A stretch of 55,078 nucleotides of DNA, the filler included, from Dirinaria sp. TL-2023a (taxonomy: Eukaryota), in the NCBI GenBank assembly GCA_051941275.1. It is 5 parts of 5 records of this genome, joined end to end, with 100 filler letters (N's around TTAATTAATTAA, not from the genome) between each part and the next. Parts side by side here need not be neighbours in the genome. Positions count along the whole stretch, not along the records: positions 22,093 to 33,024 come from JAVEBF010000892.1; positions 33,125 to 44,052 come from JAVEBF010000893.1; 3 more parts are not named here. One strand, 5' to 3'. Positions 22,093 through 35,038 of this stretch are shown here, piece after piece; positions within the stretch are counted from its first letter, which is position 1; each line of letters opens with the position of its first letter. Made by a program: the position numbers and the translations under genes. Under the pieces are notes generated by a model. The model was given only the letters and a program-made list of their open reading frames with translations, made no database searches and was not told the DNA's origin.

Positions 22093-24541
22093 AGTGCAAG
22101 GTTTAGGAGATAAGGAACTATGGTAGGGATGAAGGGGTTATGTCTTCATGCAAGAACTTTCAGCCGTAGCTTAATTAGATCAAAAAATGCTTGATCCACT
22201 TCCGTAAAAGTAAAAGGAAGATGACGGATGAGAATAAAGTGGTTGGCTACATCTACTAACTATCTATTATCATATTTCTCAATGGATTGAATCCTAGAAA
22301 AAGGGGAAATATAAGTGTAATTCTTCCTATTGAAAGCTCGGACATATCCTCTTCGTACAGAATCTTCAGACATGAAGACCAGCGATAATCAGAGAGGTTC
22401 TTCAGTACTGGACATAGAATAAATGTCAGCTTGAGAGAAAGCAGAACAATGTGCTGCTTGCACTTTGTTGACTGCTCGATTTCATGCTCGCAAACGCCGC
22501 TACTGTAGAAGTAAACGAACGTATTCATGTTAGTGGTGAGCTCAAGGTAGCTATGTGGAATACGGAACTGCTGGGCGGCGAGTGTCTTCACCTTGAGATA
22601 TATCTGATGGCGCAGTGTCGATGCAATTGAGTCCAAAAACATCCCTGATTCGCCCATTCGCACTACGTTTGCGGGCGGTTTTTTGCTGACAGTCGCTGCC
22701 ATGATCCAGCAAATTAAAGCTTTCCAATCAGGCAACTTCGAGGCGGCTATCCTCAGCGTGTTTGCTAATGCAGCATGTTTGCTCCGAGACGAACTTGTTT
22801 TTCCCCCGTAGACCGCTTTTGAATCTGATGCTTATGGAGCAGAGCATAGCTGGTCAGTGTAGGGTCTGCAAGTTGTAGATAAACTTTCATTTTCCACTTG
22901 CAGCTTCATCCCGGATTATATACTGTGCGAAGCCTTTGGTTTCTAGACGACTATATCATATAGATGTTCTTTTCTTAACTGTAGATTATATATGTTTGCT
23001 TCAATTTCTCGACCTATCGATATATAAAGAAACGTCCATGAAATAAGGCCCGGTCATACCTCACATTTTCCCAGTATATAACGACAGCGGCGGAAGTGCG
23101 GCCAGCAAAGAAAGTCTTTGAGCATCAACGACCAAGATCTCTCTCTTACGTGCCTTCTAGGTACATTAAGAATTAAGGGATTGATCCTCGAGCCTTCCTT
23201 AATGGTCGATTGAGTTGTGAATGTGATAGCTGATTTCACCGCTGTCCCAGCCAATATCTTAAGGACGTTGGATTGAAAAGGTATCAATGCCGCTAGAACG
23301 ATCTCCGCGTGACTCACTCGTGTTGATCCATTATTTTTGGCGAGCCAAGGCATGACGAAGATAATGTCATTGTCTAAGCAGAGAACATTGACGGAATCCA
23401 CACCTGTCCAGACCGAGCGACGAGTGAGGCGAAAGACGAACAATGCGGCGCATTAACACACGGCATCAAATGCGATCCAAACATGGAATCATCTGAATTG
23501 TCCTCCTAAACTCTACCTTCTGGGTTGTCCGATTTTCTCGAAGGCTTCATTGCTTCTATCGGCACTCACAATTGCCAGGCTAGACGAGTTGCTGGGCCCA
23601 GAAAAAAACCGTCTGCAGACTTTGTTGACCTAGAGTAGCGGGTTACGGTCTGCAGAAAAGGTCTTCACAACGACCGAAGTGAGAAGGCAGTCAGGAGAAG
23701 CGGATGCTTCCACTTCGGTATCCTTCTGACGCTCACGCAATTGCTAACACCAAGGACAGCCTAGAATGAGAATGCTGCAGGGCCCCATGATCATGGAATG
23801 GGAGATGATTGCCATGGAATTTACGACAGCTTTGTAGGTTCGAGGCTGATTGCTCAACCAGAGATGAGCCATTTCCATTCTGAAATGATCCAAAGAGCAG
23901 GGGCAGAGCAATAAAATTGCCCAAATCCAGAATGGGCTCGATCAAGCTGAACATGAACACAGCCACGGAAGATGCTGTCCTCCAAATGCTGAGAACCAGC
24001 CAATCAATCCAAGGGGTTCAACTCATGTAGAGACTTGTGTCGAGTCGAAAATTTCCTCCTGTGATGTAAGGAATTGGATGTCATTGCCCAGGTAGTATTT
24101 GGAATAGCTATCAGAAGTGTTGCTCTGCCGCTTGTTCGAGTTGAGAGTGATGTAATAGGGGCTGTGTATGGGATTGTTTATGCATGGGATTTTTGTGTAG
24201 GGGATTGTTAGAGGGTGCAGTGAGTTATTCTGTTCACTTCTGTGATGAATGTGATGAACGCGACTTCCTTTTTCGTGTTGCTCAATGCTCTTACCGTGCG
24301 AAACACATTTGTTTTCTCTCTCCCCATAAAAACATCTTCTGACTTCCTTTGGCATTTCTTCTTCTTTCTCTCAGTAAAGACTGATCAGAACATTATCCAG
24401 GCTGGGGCCTCTTATTCTTCAACTGCTTCTTCTTCGACACTGTCTAATAGTACATGCAATACTATTCCTACCTCGCACAAGGCCCTGTCTTGAACACCTT
24501 GGTGTAAGACTTCTCAAGTTCGCAACTTCGAAATCCTCAAT

Positions 24542-26106
24542 ATGGAATACCTCACAGCCTTCATCTGGCTCTGGTAAATCTCTTACCCTAGCTTAGCAGG
24601 AATCATGTTGCTGACCGATATTAAGGCTTTGGCGCTATTTGCGCCTCATCATCAATTGCTTCGCTGCGTGGACATTCAAATCCATCCCGTTGCCAGGCAC
24701 CCCGTCGTACTCAAGCAGGGATGTCACAGTGGTCATCCCTACCTTGGCCAACAGCGAAGACTTTCGCCGTTGCATTCTTTCGGTAGCCGCGTGCTGCCCT
24801 TACTCGATTATAGTGGTCACCCCCAAAGCGCGTGTTAGCCACGTCCGGAAAATCTGCGATGCTCTGAAGCTTTTTGACATCGAAATCCTTGGTGCCCCGA
24901 AGGCCAATAAACGCCTTCAGATGATCCAGGGGCTCAAAGAAGTTCGAACTCGGATAACGGTTTTTGCCGATGATGATGTGTTCTGGCCATCGACCTTCCT
25001 AGAGTACTCGCTGGCTCCTTTTGAAGACCCAAAGATTGGGGCTTCAGGTAAACTCCTTCCTCACCATTATACGGGGTGACTTGCTGATAGGTGATAGGGA
25101 CCCTGCAAACGCTCGAACGTCCGGCAAACCCGAACTTCTGGGACTTCCTTAGTGCAATCTACCTTCAACGTCGGACTTTCGAAGTTGCAGCAACTTCGAA
25201 TATCGATGGCGGTTGTGGCTGTCTTTCAGGGCGTACTTTTACCATCCGCACCAGCATCGTCCAGAGCCAGACCTTTATCGACGACTTCAACAATGAGAAA
25301 TTTCTTGGCTGTATCCCCTTGATTGCTGCGGATGACGACAACTTCGTGACCCGCTTCCTCATCAATCATGGCTGGAATACAGCGTATCAATTCGCGAAGG
25401 AGGCCGAGCTGTTTACTACTTTGGAGGACAACCCAAAGTACCTGGGTCAATGCATCCGCTGGCGCCGTACGACCTGGCGTAGTAATTTTACGTCGCTATT
25501 TGTGGAACGCACTGTTTGGCGGTAAGCTTAACTCTTCATATCCCACAGTTGTGCAAGAGACCCGAACTCACGAAGTTCAGTGTCCAACCGTATTCGACGT
25601 ATGCAATTTACCTCTCGAGCTTCAACCCTCCTGCCGCGGTGATGGACTTCCTCCTCGGCTGGTTGCTTTATCGCGCCGTTGAGACCGCAGGACCTGACTC
25701 GGTACTCCCGTCAATGCAAACCGCTTTCGTGATCTTCCTATCTTGGCTGCTCTTTAGCAAGGTAGTGAAGTTTGTCCCTTACTTCTCCCAGTACCCCTCG
25801 GACTTGAAGTACATTCCGGTGCTCGTTGCGTTTGGATACTTCCACGGGCTGATATACTTGTACACACTTTTCACGTTGCACAAGGTAAGCTCGCACCTCT
25901 CCATATGTGCTGTATCAAGCTTACTCATATCTTGCTAGACAACCTGGGGTGGTAGTCGTGCAAACATCGTCTCTGCCTATGACAAGAGCGCAGTTGGAGC
26001 GATCTTGTCCTCTGGTTACGAGAGGATGAAGGGGAGCACGGGCTTGAAGCGTGTTGGTAATTCAGCTACCGACTTACATCGTCTCGGAGAGAAGAGCAGT
26101 GCCTGA
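24542..26106 (+). CDS. Processive glycosyltransferase family 2, Cps1/hyaluronan-synthase-like, ~449 aa, 5 exons
   Basis: Exons 24542-24573, 24626-25047, 25098-25521, 25581-25884 and 25939-26106. WRYLRLIIN, DVTVVIPT, FADDDVFW, CLSGRT, DDDNFVTR, QCIRWRR (QxxRW), C-terminal TM helices and TTWGGSR. Confidence 0.9.
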
Positions 26107-27143
26107 GCACTGCTGGGCCGAAAGTTGGGGATTTATCCTGCGAGGTAGCGTGGGTGCCTCCGTGCTCGTATGCTTGCTTTTGAGCTTCTGGGTTACTACT
26201 TTGAACTCCTTACTCTTCCTACAAGACTATGTCCTAGAACTCCTACGATAGATTAGCGATCCAATGGCTGCAAAGCCACTACAAGCAAAAAGACCATGAC
26301 TCATGGTGGCCACCTGAGTGATGATGGTACATTCATGTTTCAGAACGAATGAGCCCCCTTCATCTCTGCTGTTATCGTATCCCTTTCTGAGTGAAAAGGG
26401 AATAGAATGATCAAGTAACGTACACTCCATTTGTTTGTGACTAGTAAGTAACAATGCTCATATCTCGTTCGGTCCCTCAAGAGCATGAACGCAACTTGAG
26501 CAGCCACTTGCATTTAGAAGAACCAGCGGTAGAACAGACGTCATTCGGTCTAGAACAGTATCAAGTGCCCTTGCACGTAAGTAAACCTGGGACAAATCAG
26601 GAAGATTGGATCTTGCGGTATCTTGACCGTGGGGAATGCTTAGTACGGTTAGGACGACGTGGACTGGGTAGAGCCAGATATCGATGCCAAAGAGACGGGA
26701 GGCTATGGTGTAGTCTGGATAGCAGGCTGTTGCTGGTGGTAGGTCGGAGCTAGAGGTTAGAATAGAAATAAATGTACTATAGATTTGAGGTGCACATCCT
26801 TGACCCTGGGGACCTCATTAAGTCACACCTTGGTCTGGCGTCATTTTGTCGTACGATGACGAGATTATGGGAAATTGAAATCGCAAGTAAGGTAGGACAC
26901 AAAGATGGCCCACGGCCGGGTTCCCAGTGTTGAGAATTCAATAGCCGGCCAGTTTAAGGGATAGTCTTTGGCGGGAGATAAGCGATCTCTGGTTCATAGA
27001 CTTGTGGGAAATGATGGAGATGGTTGTTTGGAGACAGGACAAGAATATAGTACATCATGGAGAAAAAGTCGCTTCATAACGCTGAAGTGATGAGTGCACA
27101 CAAATAGTGGTCTATGGACCCACCTATATCGCATGCTATGCGG

Positions 27144-28920
27144 TCATATGGGTTCGCCATCCTCCCTTCCCCAGAGTTTGACGGTGCGATCATGTCCACA
27201 GCTTGCGATCCATTGGCCCGTCCGGTCAACATCGACCCCGAGCACGTTCCCCGAATGCCCGCTCAAGCTCTTCACTCTGGCCCAATCGTCCGCGCTGAAG
27301 ATGTTGACTTCCTTGTCAAAGCCGCCACTCACGAAGAACGTCCCGCTTTTCTTCGGCTTCAACTGGTCCGGCCGAGCATCTTTTTGGGATTGCATGAAGC
27401 TATTGCCGTTCTCGAATGGCGCATCCAAGCCTTTGAACCAGCGCAGGTCGGAGACCACGCTTTTGTGGGCACCAAAGGAGGAGATGCAGCGCACCATTCG
27501 GACGTCCCAGCATTTGATCCAGCCGTCTGCGCTGCCAGACAGGACACGATGCCCGTCGGTGCCCCAATCTAAAGCGTGGATGGGTCGAATATGTCCTTCG
27601 AGGATCATCACGGTACGGCCTGTTCGCAGATCCCATATTCGCCCTATGCTGTCTAGTCCTGCTGAAGCGAGGAGCGAACCATCAGTATTGAAAGATAAGG
27701 CGTACACCTCACGAGAATGGCCTTCTTGCAGGAGTAACTCCGTGGTCGTTCCTATGTCCCATAGGCGCCAAGTAGTGTCTGAAGAAGCAGATGCAAGATA
27801 GGAGCCTGAAGGATGAAATTCGATGCGCGCTACTCGGTCGGTGTGGCCATCAAGAGTAGAAAGAGGGGTATCTTCTTCAAGGGACCATAGGTGAATTTTG
27901 CCTTCGCCACCACTGGTAGCAAGGTTTACTGTGCTAGGAGAAGTGGTGGTGTCGGACATGGTAGAGCCGGGATACCAGGAAATGCCGCCTACGCGGTCAA
28001 AGTGGCCCCGGAATACTTTCTTCTCATCGAGATTAGGCACACTGAGGAGCTTGACACCCCCACCCCAATTTCCAGCCGCTATTATCTCACCACTGGGGGA
28101 GAACCGGACGAGGCTGACTGGACGCTCACCCGCAATCTGGGTGCCGAAGAGGTCGAAGTTCTGAAGACGCTCCTTGAGGGCTTTGCGGTGTTTGATATGT
28201 GTTCGAAGAGGAATGACGGACTCGATTTTTTGTGATAATACACGCGCTTTCGCGCGAGGGAGAGAATAACGTGCCATTGCTTTCCGAGCCTCTAGGAGCT
28301 CGGCCATGCCCTCTGTGTAGAATTCTTCCTCTTGCTCGCCTTGCGCAGCGCCGTCTACACCCTCGCCCATTTGGATATCACCCTCCAGATCCTCTTCTGC
28401 CTCGCCCTCAGCCTGCACAGTGAGAAGCTCCCGTAATCGATCTCGTCGGTCTCCCGGGCCTTCTCCGAACAGCGTGATGGGCTGCCCCATTTCTCGCAAG
28501 CGTGCGCGAACCCTGCCATCGTCGGTCGGGACCGCTATTGCTGCCGCGCGTCGTTTGCGCTGGAACTGATTTATTATCGCTGAAGCCTTTTCGGGGGCTA
28601 TACCGGCGGCGGTGGTAGGAAGGTCGTAGTCACGGTCAATGGCTAAGAGTGTTCAGTCATACTGAATACAGAAAGTCCAGCCCGAATTTGGACTTACGGA
28701 TGTTCGCCAAATCCACTCCCATCTCCGTATCCTAATACCGTGGATCATCCTATCAGCCCGCATCTTCTTTTGGTTCCCAGCCCCGTGGCAAGGCAGGTCT
28801 AGGATGGTCCTCTGATTTGCTTTGTATGAACATTGCTGTATGGACAATGGAATTTGGGCATATGCTGCTTACCTCCGGCTCGTCCTCCTCCACGTAAGCT
28901 TGTCGAGATGGATGCATCAT
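27144..28920 (-). CDS. PRP4: U4/U6 snRNP WD40 protein Prp4, ~526 aa
   Basis: Exons 28920-28873, 28731-28698 and 28642-27144. [11 protein letters not shown] start, PRP4 motif [34 protein letters not shown], and multiple WD40 repeats ([23 protein letters not shown]). Confidence 0.95.
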
Positions 28921-29366
28921 GTTGAATGCGAGATTTGGGTAGATTTAACTGATCGAGTCTCGAAGAAAGGAAGTGGAGGTTCAAGTTGGAAACAGCATCG
29001 TGGACGGAGTGCCTCCTAAAGCTCGATCAAAGCTACTAAAATACTTCACCTCAATTGAAACCTCACTATCTACACCCGAGGTTCCCCCGAGGTATCTCCG
29101 AGACGTGTCCGAAAGAGGAAAGTGCGCCGAGAAAGAATCTCTAGTCGCGCGTCACCAAGCGTCGGCCTCCGATCAGAAATCTAGCCTTACTGTAGCTTTG
29201 ATAGCGCGGGACCACCCATTCCTCAGAGTACTTACCTTTCTCTTCATATACGCTTCTTGTATTTGATCTGCGTTTGGCGTTGGTGTTCGTGGCTTGCTCT
29301 CTATGACTTTCTCCATCTTCACAATGTCGGTGTCGTTCGCCAGCAAGCAATGACCATTGCTACAGC

Positions 29367-30630
29367 ATGATGTTATTGCCACTGAAGAGCCTTAGTCTGT
29401 TAGGTCTAAGTCCCATTACCCAGTGCTCGGCTTGTCGGATTGTACCATTGTTCTCGCAGCAGGATCTGCGCCCACAGTGCTTCCCCAGCAACGCATATCC
29501 TTCGTATACGTTAGGAGGACAAAGACCTTTCTTTCGTGCCTCGTCCACGAATCCTGCAGCACGACCATCCTCGACTACATCGGGAGGCTTCAGCTACCGC
29601 ATTGGCGCGTCCTTCTCGGCCAAGGGTCGTCGATTCGTCCAAAGGACGGATTATTATTCGCACGACCCTACCAAAGGCTCAAGGAAGGACTACAACACGG
29701 GAGGACCCACCAGCGGTCAGGATGCCTTCTTCGTCAGCAGGATCGGTAATAGTAGCAGCATGGCTTTTGGCGTAGCAGACGGCGTTGGAGGCTGGTCGGA
29801 ATCGGGCATTGACTCGGCATACTTTTCGCATGGGCTGTGTGAACACATGATACGGGTTGCTGAAAATACGGAAGCCGCTGAGAAAGACTTGTTGAGTGCG
29901 CAGAAGCTACTGCAGAAAGCCTACGATGCTGTCGTTGCAGACGAATCCATTTCTGGTGGAGGTAGTACTGCTTGTGTCGCTGTTGGTAGCGACAGTGGGC
30001 ATCTTCAGGTTGCCAAGTGTGTTTTTCTTGCAAGTAATCATTGAGAGAATGCTGATTTTTTGGCCAAGCCTTGGGGATTCAGGCTTTGCTCAGTTACGAC
30101 TCAATGCAGTTCACCACTATTCGAATCCTCAGACGCACGCTTTCAATACTCCGTACCAGCTCTCGATCATCCCTCCCAAGGTCCTGGCTAGGGCTCGCAT
30201 ATTTGGTGGAGATCCCTTGAGTGACTATCCTGTAGATGCCAGCGTGACAACACACCAGCTGCGCCACGGTGACGTTCTAGTCTTCGCCACAGATGGGCTG
30301 TGGGACAACTTAAACTCAACAGACGTACTACGCATCGCTAGCCGGTACATGATTGAATCTCAAGCATGGAAGGTTGGACAAAAAGGAGTTGCGGTATCAG
30401 AGAACATTCGCAATTTGACACTAGATGGAGGAATTCGTAAAGACCATGAAACTAACCTGCAGACGCTTCTTGCGGTTGCAATCACCGGAGAGGCGAAGAT
30501 GGCAAGTCTGAACAGCAAGCGGGATGGCCCCTTTGCAAGAGAAGTCAAGAAGTTCTACCCAGGAGAGGATTACCACGGCGGAAAGGTGGACGACATCTGT
30601 GTGGTCGTTGCTGTCGTCATGCAGGACTGA
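29367..30630 (+). CDS. PTC7: PP2C-family phosphatase, Ptc7/Azr1-like, ~403 aa
   Basis: Exons 29367-30016 and 30069-30630. GQDAFF, GVADGVGGW, GGSTAC, ANLGDSG (spans the intron), QTHAFNTPYQLS, ATDGLWDNL and GGKVDDI. Divergent from PRP4 across ~446 bp. Confidence 0.9.
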
Positions 30631-31936
30631 ATGTTGTTTATCGTTTCGAAAGAGATGGGAGCAACTACTTCACACATGATGGATGATATCGAGTCACAAT
30701 ATATACATCTGTGATACACCATCTAGCTACATGTACGAAGGCGATATCCAAAGCATCTATAAAGCAGTAGATTTACGATTAGCTAAAATTCGACTGGAAC
30801 AGCTTAGATGTTTTACGACGCTTCGATTCCCATGAAAGCAGTCCGCGCTGAAGTTCGGTCTGCAAATTAGTCGCAGCAATCTCAATAGGAGAACACACCC
30901 TGAGGCCCACCTACTTCTCGTCAACCTTGCAAACCCGTTACCAAGGTTACTATGTTACACCTTGACCGGCTCAAGCGGGTCCAGGACTATCCTTGGAGAA
31001 CGATATTGATAAAACTCAATTAGAATATGTGAACAAGATGAAAAGAAGCTATCAAGGCCACTCAATACACGAGAAGTGCAAGAAGATCAACCTCAACCCT
31101 ATATTCAGTGACTTCACTCAGATCTCCCATCGAAAACACCACCAATATTTTGATGCCCTCAGATGCATCCATGTTACCTCACGGTAAGGAAAAGATATAG
31201 CTATTGCAAGTATACTTTCTATTGTTCTCGTTTCAAATGACGGAAGTGTCAGCGGTCCTTGCCCAACGGAAGTCAAATACTTTAAATCACGGCTTTACCC
31301 AAAGGTACAGCAAAGCTCAGAATCGTTCAAGCTAATACGTGGCTCGATCAGTAGCGTAGCTTCCTGTCAAGTAGAGCTATATTCCCAAAAAGAAAGTGCT
31401 TCATAGCAAGAAATCCTATGCACCCGCCCCACCTTGAACAAGTCCCAACGAATCTTTCACGATTATTTGAAATCCTAGTTTTTCTAGATGTTCTTTCCTA
31501 TAATGTTCGTCTTCCAAACCGAGATCCTTTGTCTCGCTTCTATTTCTGTATTTCGTTAGATCTCGATGTCTATGCAAAGTAGCCTCACTCTGGCGCTTGG
31601 AGACTACAAATGGATAGCTATACCTGCAGTCACCGACAACTTCGTGAAATGAGTGGATACGCCCAGTCTCTTTAGCACTGTTCTACAGCTGCTTGATCCA
31701 TTGCTACGCCGTATCACACTCTCACGAGACCAGGAAACAAAGGATCGATTTTGTGGCTTCCACCAAGCTCAGCTGACTCCTTCGGGTTTACATGTACGGC
31801 AATCCTGATGAGCGGTGCATCTCCGGTTCCGAGTATCTTAAAACCCCTGGGTCTGGGGCGCCTGCCTTCAAGTTACCTTCCGACTATGTAATGAGCCTAA
31901 GTTGCGATTCAGATTCATCTCTATCTAAGATCCAAG

Positions 31937-33024
31937 ATGACCAGCTTTCAGATATCAGAGTATACTATACCGTGTCAGCACATCAGGGGATACCCTCATG
32001 CAACGAGGAGCAGTCAAGAGGTGGTACTAAGCCTCGCCATCAAACAATACGTCCCCCTGAACAATCTTTCGCCCAAGGAAGGCGATGTCACCATTATCGC
32101 AGCCGGCGGCAGTGGTATGCCAAAGGTGCGTGAACTTACTTTCGCCGACTTAGTCGTGGGTCCAAATTGACCACCCAACGATATAGGAGGTGTATGAGCC
32201 GATATGGGACCACATGCTCGCGCTCTCCGAAAAGCACGGCTTTCGTATCCGAGCAATATGGGCCGCGGACATGGCTCACCAAGGGGCAAGCGGAGTGCTC
32301 AATGAGGACGAGATTGGAGACGACCGTACCCACAACACCACTTACCAATACAAGTTCTTGCCAATCAATTACTGATTCCAGTCTAGCCTCATGGCATGAT
32401 CACTCTCGGGATCTGCTGCTCATGATCAACCATTTCCGGGCGCAAATGCCTCGACCGCTCATCGGTATAGGGCATAGTATAGGGCCCGCACAACTGTTCG
32501 TTCGCATTCCATCTCCTCTTTTTATCTCCTTTTCAAAAAAAAAAAAAACCTAGCCCCCATGGCAGCCCAAAAAAAAAAGCACAAGCTGAATGTCCCGCAA
32601 TAATCAATGCTAACAGAGTCTTCCTCTCCACGATGCATCCCCGCCTCTTCTCGACCCTGATCTTCATCGAGCCGATGATCGGCGAAAACCATCCTCCAGG
32701 CGCCAGCATCGCTCGCCCGTCCACCTTCCGCCCGGACCTCTGGCCCAGCCGGCACGCCGCAGAGCTGTACTTCCGCAATCACGAGTTCTTCAAATCCTGG
32801 CATCCGCAGGTGCTGGAGAATTATCTGGCCTACGGACTGCGACCGCTGCCCACACCCATATATCCCCTTCCACCACCCTCTGCGAACCCGACCTCCAAGA
32901 AGAATAAGAAGGATCAGGACTCAGCACCACCACCGACCCCCGTGACCCTAACAACAACAAAACACCAATCGGCATGGACAACGCTACGCTCCAATTTCCT
33001 GCCCCTAACCCCTCAGCACACCCT
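31937..33024 (+). CDS. Alpha/beta hydrolase (MpaH/Akt2/Lpx1-like 'toxin biosynthesis' type), 3'-truncated
   Basis: Exons 31937-32125, 32187-32325, 32387-32495 and 32617->33024. PCQHIRGYP, KEVYEPIWD, ADMAHQGASGVLNE, SWHDHSRDLLLMINHF, GHSIG nucleophile elbow and HPRLFSTLIFIEP. Confidence 0.85.
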
Positions 33025-33124
33025 NNNNNNNNNNNNNNNNNNNNNNNNNNNNNNNNNNNNNNNNNNNNTTAATTAATTAANNNNNNNNNNNNNNNNNNNN
33101 NNNNNNNNNNNNNNNNNNNNNNNN
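33025..33124. other. Artificial contig spacer N44-TTAATTAATTAA-N44
   Basis: Identical 100-bp spacer. Confidence 0.98.
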
Positions 33125-33727
33125 AATGAATTCAACGGACGACCGCCGGGGGCTGCTTGCTTGCTTGCTTGCTTTCTTTGGGTTTGTATATTTGGCGTGT
33201 TGCACGTGTGTGTGTGAGTGTGTTCGGGAAATAATCTTGACATCGCAAAATTTTTATTCGCTTTCCCCCTCTTACATGGCGTAGTCAGTCACCAGATAAC
33301 CCAAATTTTTTTCTTTTTTTTTTGTGCGTGTGGGATTCCACTGTCTACTGTCACCGGCACACCACCCCTATAATTTAGTTTATTACCATACCTCTATTCT
33401 CCTCGTCGTCAGTGCCACTCATTCGTTTTTCATTCTACTAATTATACCGTCTGATTCCCCCCCTTCTGTCTTTAAATTTAAGTATTTATTTGTTTCTCCT
33501 CCTTCTAGCGGAAGAATTCGAATTTCACGAAAGTGGGACGAAGGAATATGTATGAATAATTCATCAAAGTTGTCTCTCACTACTGACTGACTGACTGACT
33601 GATATGAAAACGGGAATTTTGTTGAATAAGTCTTAAAGGAACGTTAGAGGGAAAGAAAAAGGAAGAAGATTTTTTTCTTTGCAAATTCGAATTTTGAAAG
33701 TATTGATTTGATTGAGTTGAGGAGGAG

Positions 33728-33746
33728 GAAGAAGAAGAAGAAGAAG

Positions 33747-33775
<29 letters not shown>
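33728..33775. repeat. (GAA)16 microsatellite within low-complexity region 33125-33940
   Basis: Read directly. Neighbours include (GCTT)n ~33155, (ACTG)n ~33582 and poly(T) tracts ~33897-33935. Confidence 0.95.
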
Positions 33776-33777
<2 letters not shown>

Positions 33778-34585
33778 TCGTAGAATGACAGGAAGAGTGG
33801 CCAATAAGGGAAGGGAGGGAGTTTAAAGAGTTGTGGAGATTGTCAAGATTACGCACATGCGCACGCCAAATGCCTTTTTCTTAGATTCTTTCTTGGTTTT
33901 TTTTTTTTTTTTTTTCTTGTCTTTTTTTTTTTTTTAACCGCTCGGCCCACTTATTAGAGTAAACACGGTTCTAGCTCCAAGATGATCTCCCTAAGTAGTT
34001 TCAAAGTACACAGATCTATCTGATCAATCTCCGCTTGCGTGCCGCAACCACGGAACTGTCCGATATATATGTATAAGTTCCGGATCTTTACCTTACCTTT
34101 GGGACGGAGGGTATATTAATTATGCCTCCGTTTCAGCTGCGGCTAAGATAGGCAGAGGTGCGCTTTAAAGAGAAGTGAAGAGAGTATGGTCAAACTTGGG
34201 ATGGATTCGTTCATTTTAGTGATAACCATACCAGAAGCGCGGATCATGCTCGCGCCGGAGATAATTTGATATGTACACTTTTGTCGTGTATTATCGTTAA
34301 GTGCTGATATCTAGATTCAGATGGATCAATCAATCAATTCGGTGCCCTAAGCCAGTGATGAGTTTTTGGGATCAGACGAAGAAATTTGGGTAACCTTTTT
34401 TACTTTCAGCTCTTTTTGGGGGCTTATGAAAGGTTAGTGGTCCCAAATCACACTGCTGGCTTCGCAAGGCCAGGAAGAAAATCACCCATCTTCAAAATGG
34501 TGTATTGTGGTGGCTCTGCTCCTATCGACTTCTTTAGCTCCCCGCTAAACATCCCCAGCCATGGTTACTAGTAGATTATCTAGTC

Positions 34586-34831
34586 TCATAGCCGCGCAGG
34601 ATTTCGCGACCGGCAAATTCTCTTTTTTGAACGTAGCGGGGCGCGAGACGTATGATTTTTCTTCAGGCTTATGTGGGCTTTATTGTTCCTAGCGAAGGCC
34701 CGCTGCTGCTGGGTCGGTAAATCTGATGATTTTAGAGGCTGTGGTTTTTTCTCTGCTGGGGTGGCTGAAGGGAGGATGGAAGACGATTCTACTTTAGTTG
34801 ATGATGTTGATTCCGCACGTATCATGGACAT
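34586..34831 (-). CDS. Possible small basic protein, 81 aa
   Basis: ATG in a good fungal context (CACCAAAATG), Ser-rich then Lys/Arg-rich; no homology recognised. Confidence 0.25.
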   Translation of the reverse strand: MSMIRAESTSSTKVESSSILPSATPAEKKPQPLKSSDLPTQQQRAFARNNKAHISLKKNHTSRAPLRSKKRICRSRNPARL

Positions 34832-35038
34832 TTTGGTGTTCGAGCTAGTGATACTGTGTGAACTTTTTAGCGATCGTTTTCTGAGGTGTGGTAAGAGTAA
34901 GATATGTATGGTTGATACATGCGCAGGTGATGTATAAATGGGCAGCGGAGCCGGCGAGTTTGGACGACTTTGCTATTTCCTCTTCAGAGCTGAAAAAAAA
35001 AAAAAGTCCCTGCCAAACTTTCCTGAAATTTGAACGAA

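Noticed and set aside
22256..23966. ORFs of 77-159 aa at the start of contig 3
   Set aside because: Non-ATG starts and no recognisable motif. Possibly decayed coding DNA, but I cannot support a call.
27094..27801. 235-aa and 152-aa + strand ORFs
   Set aside because: Antisense shadows of the PRP4 WD40 region.
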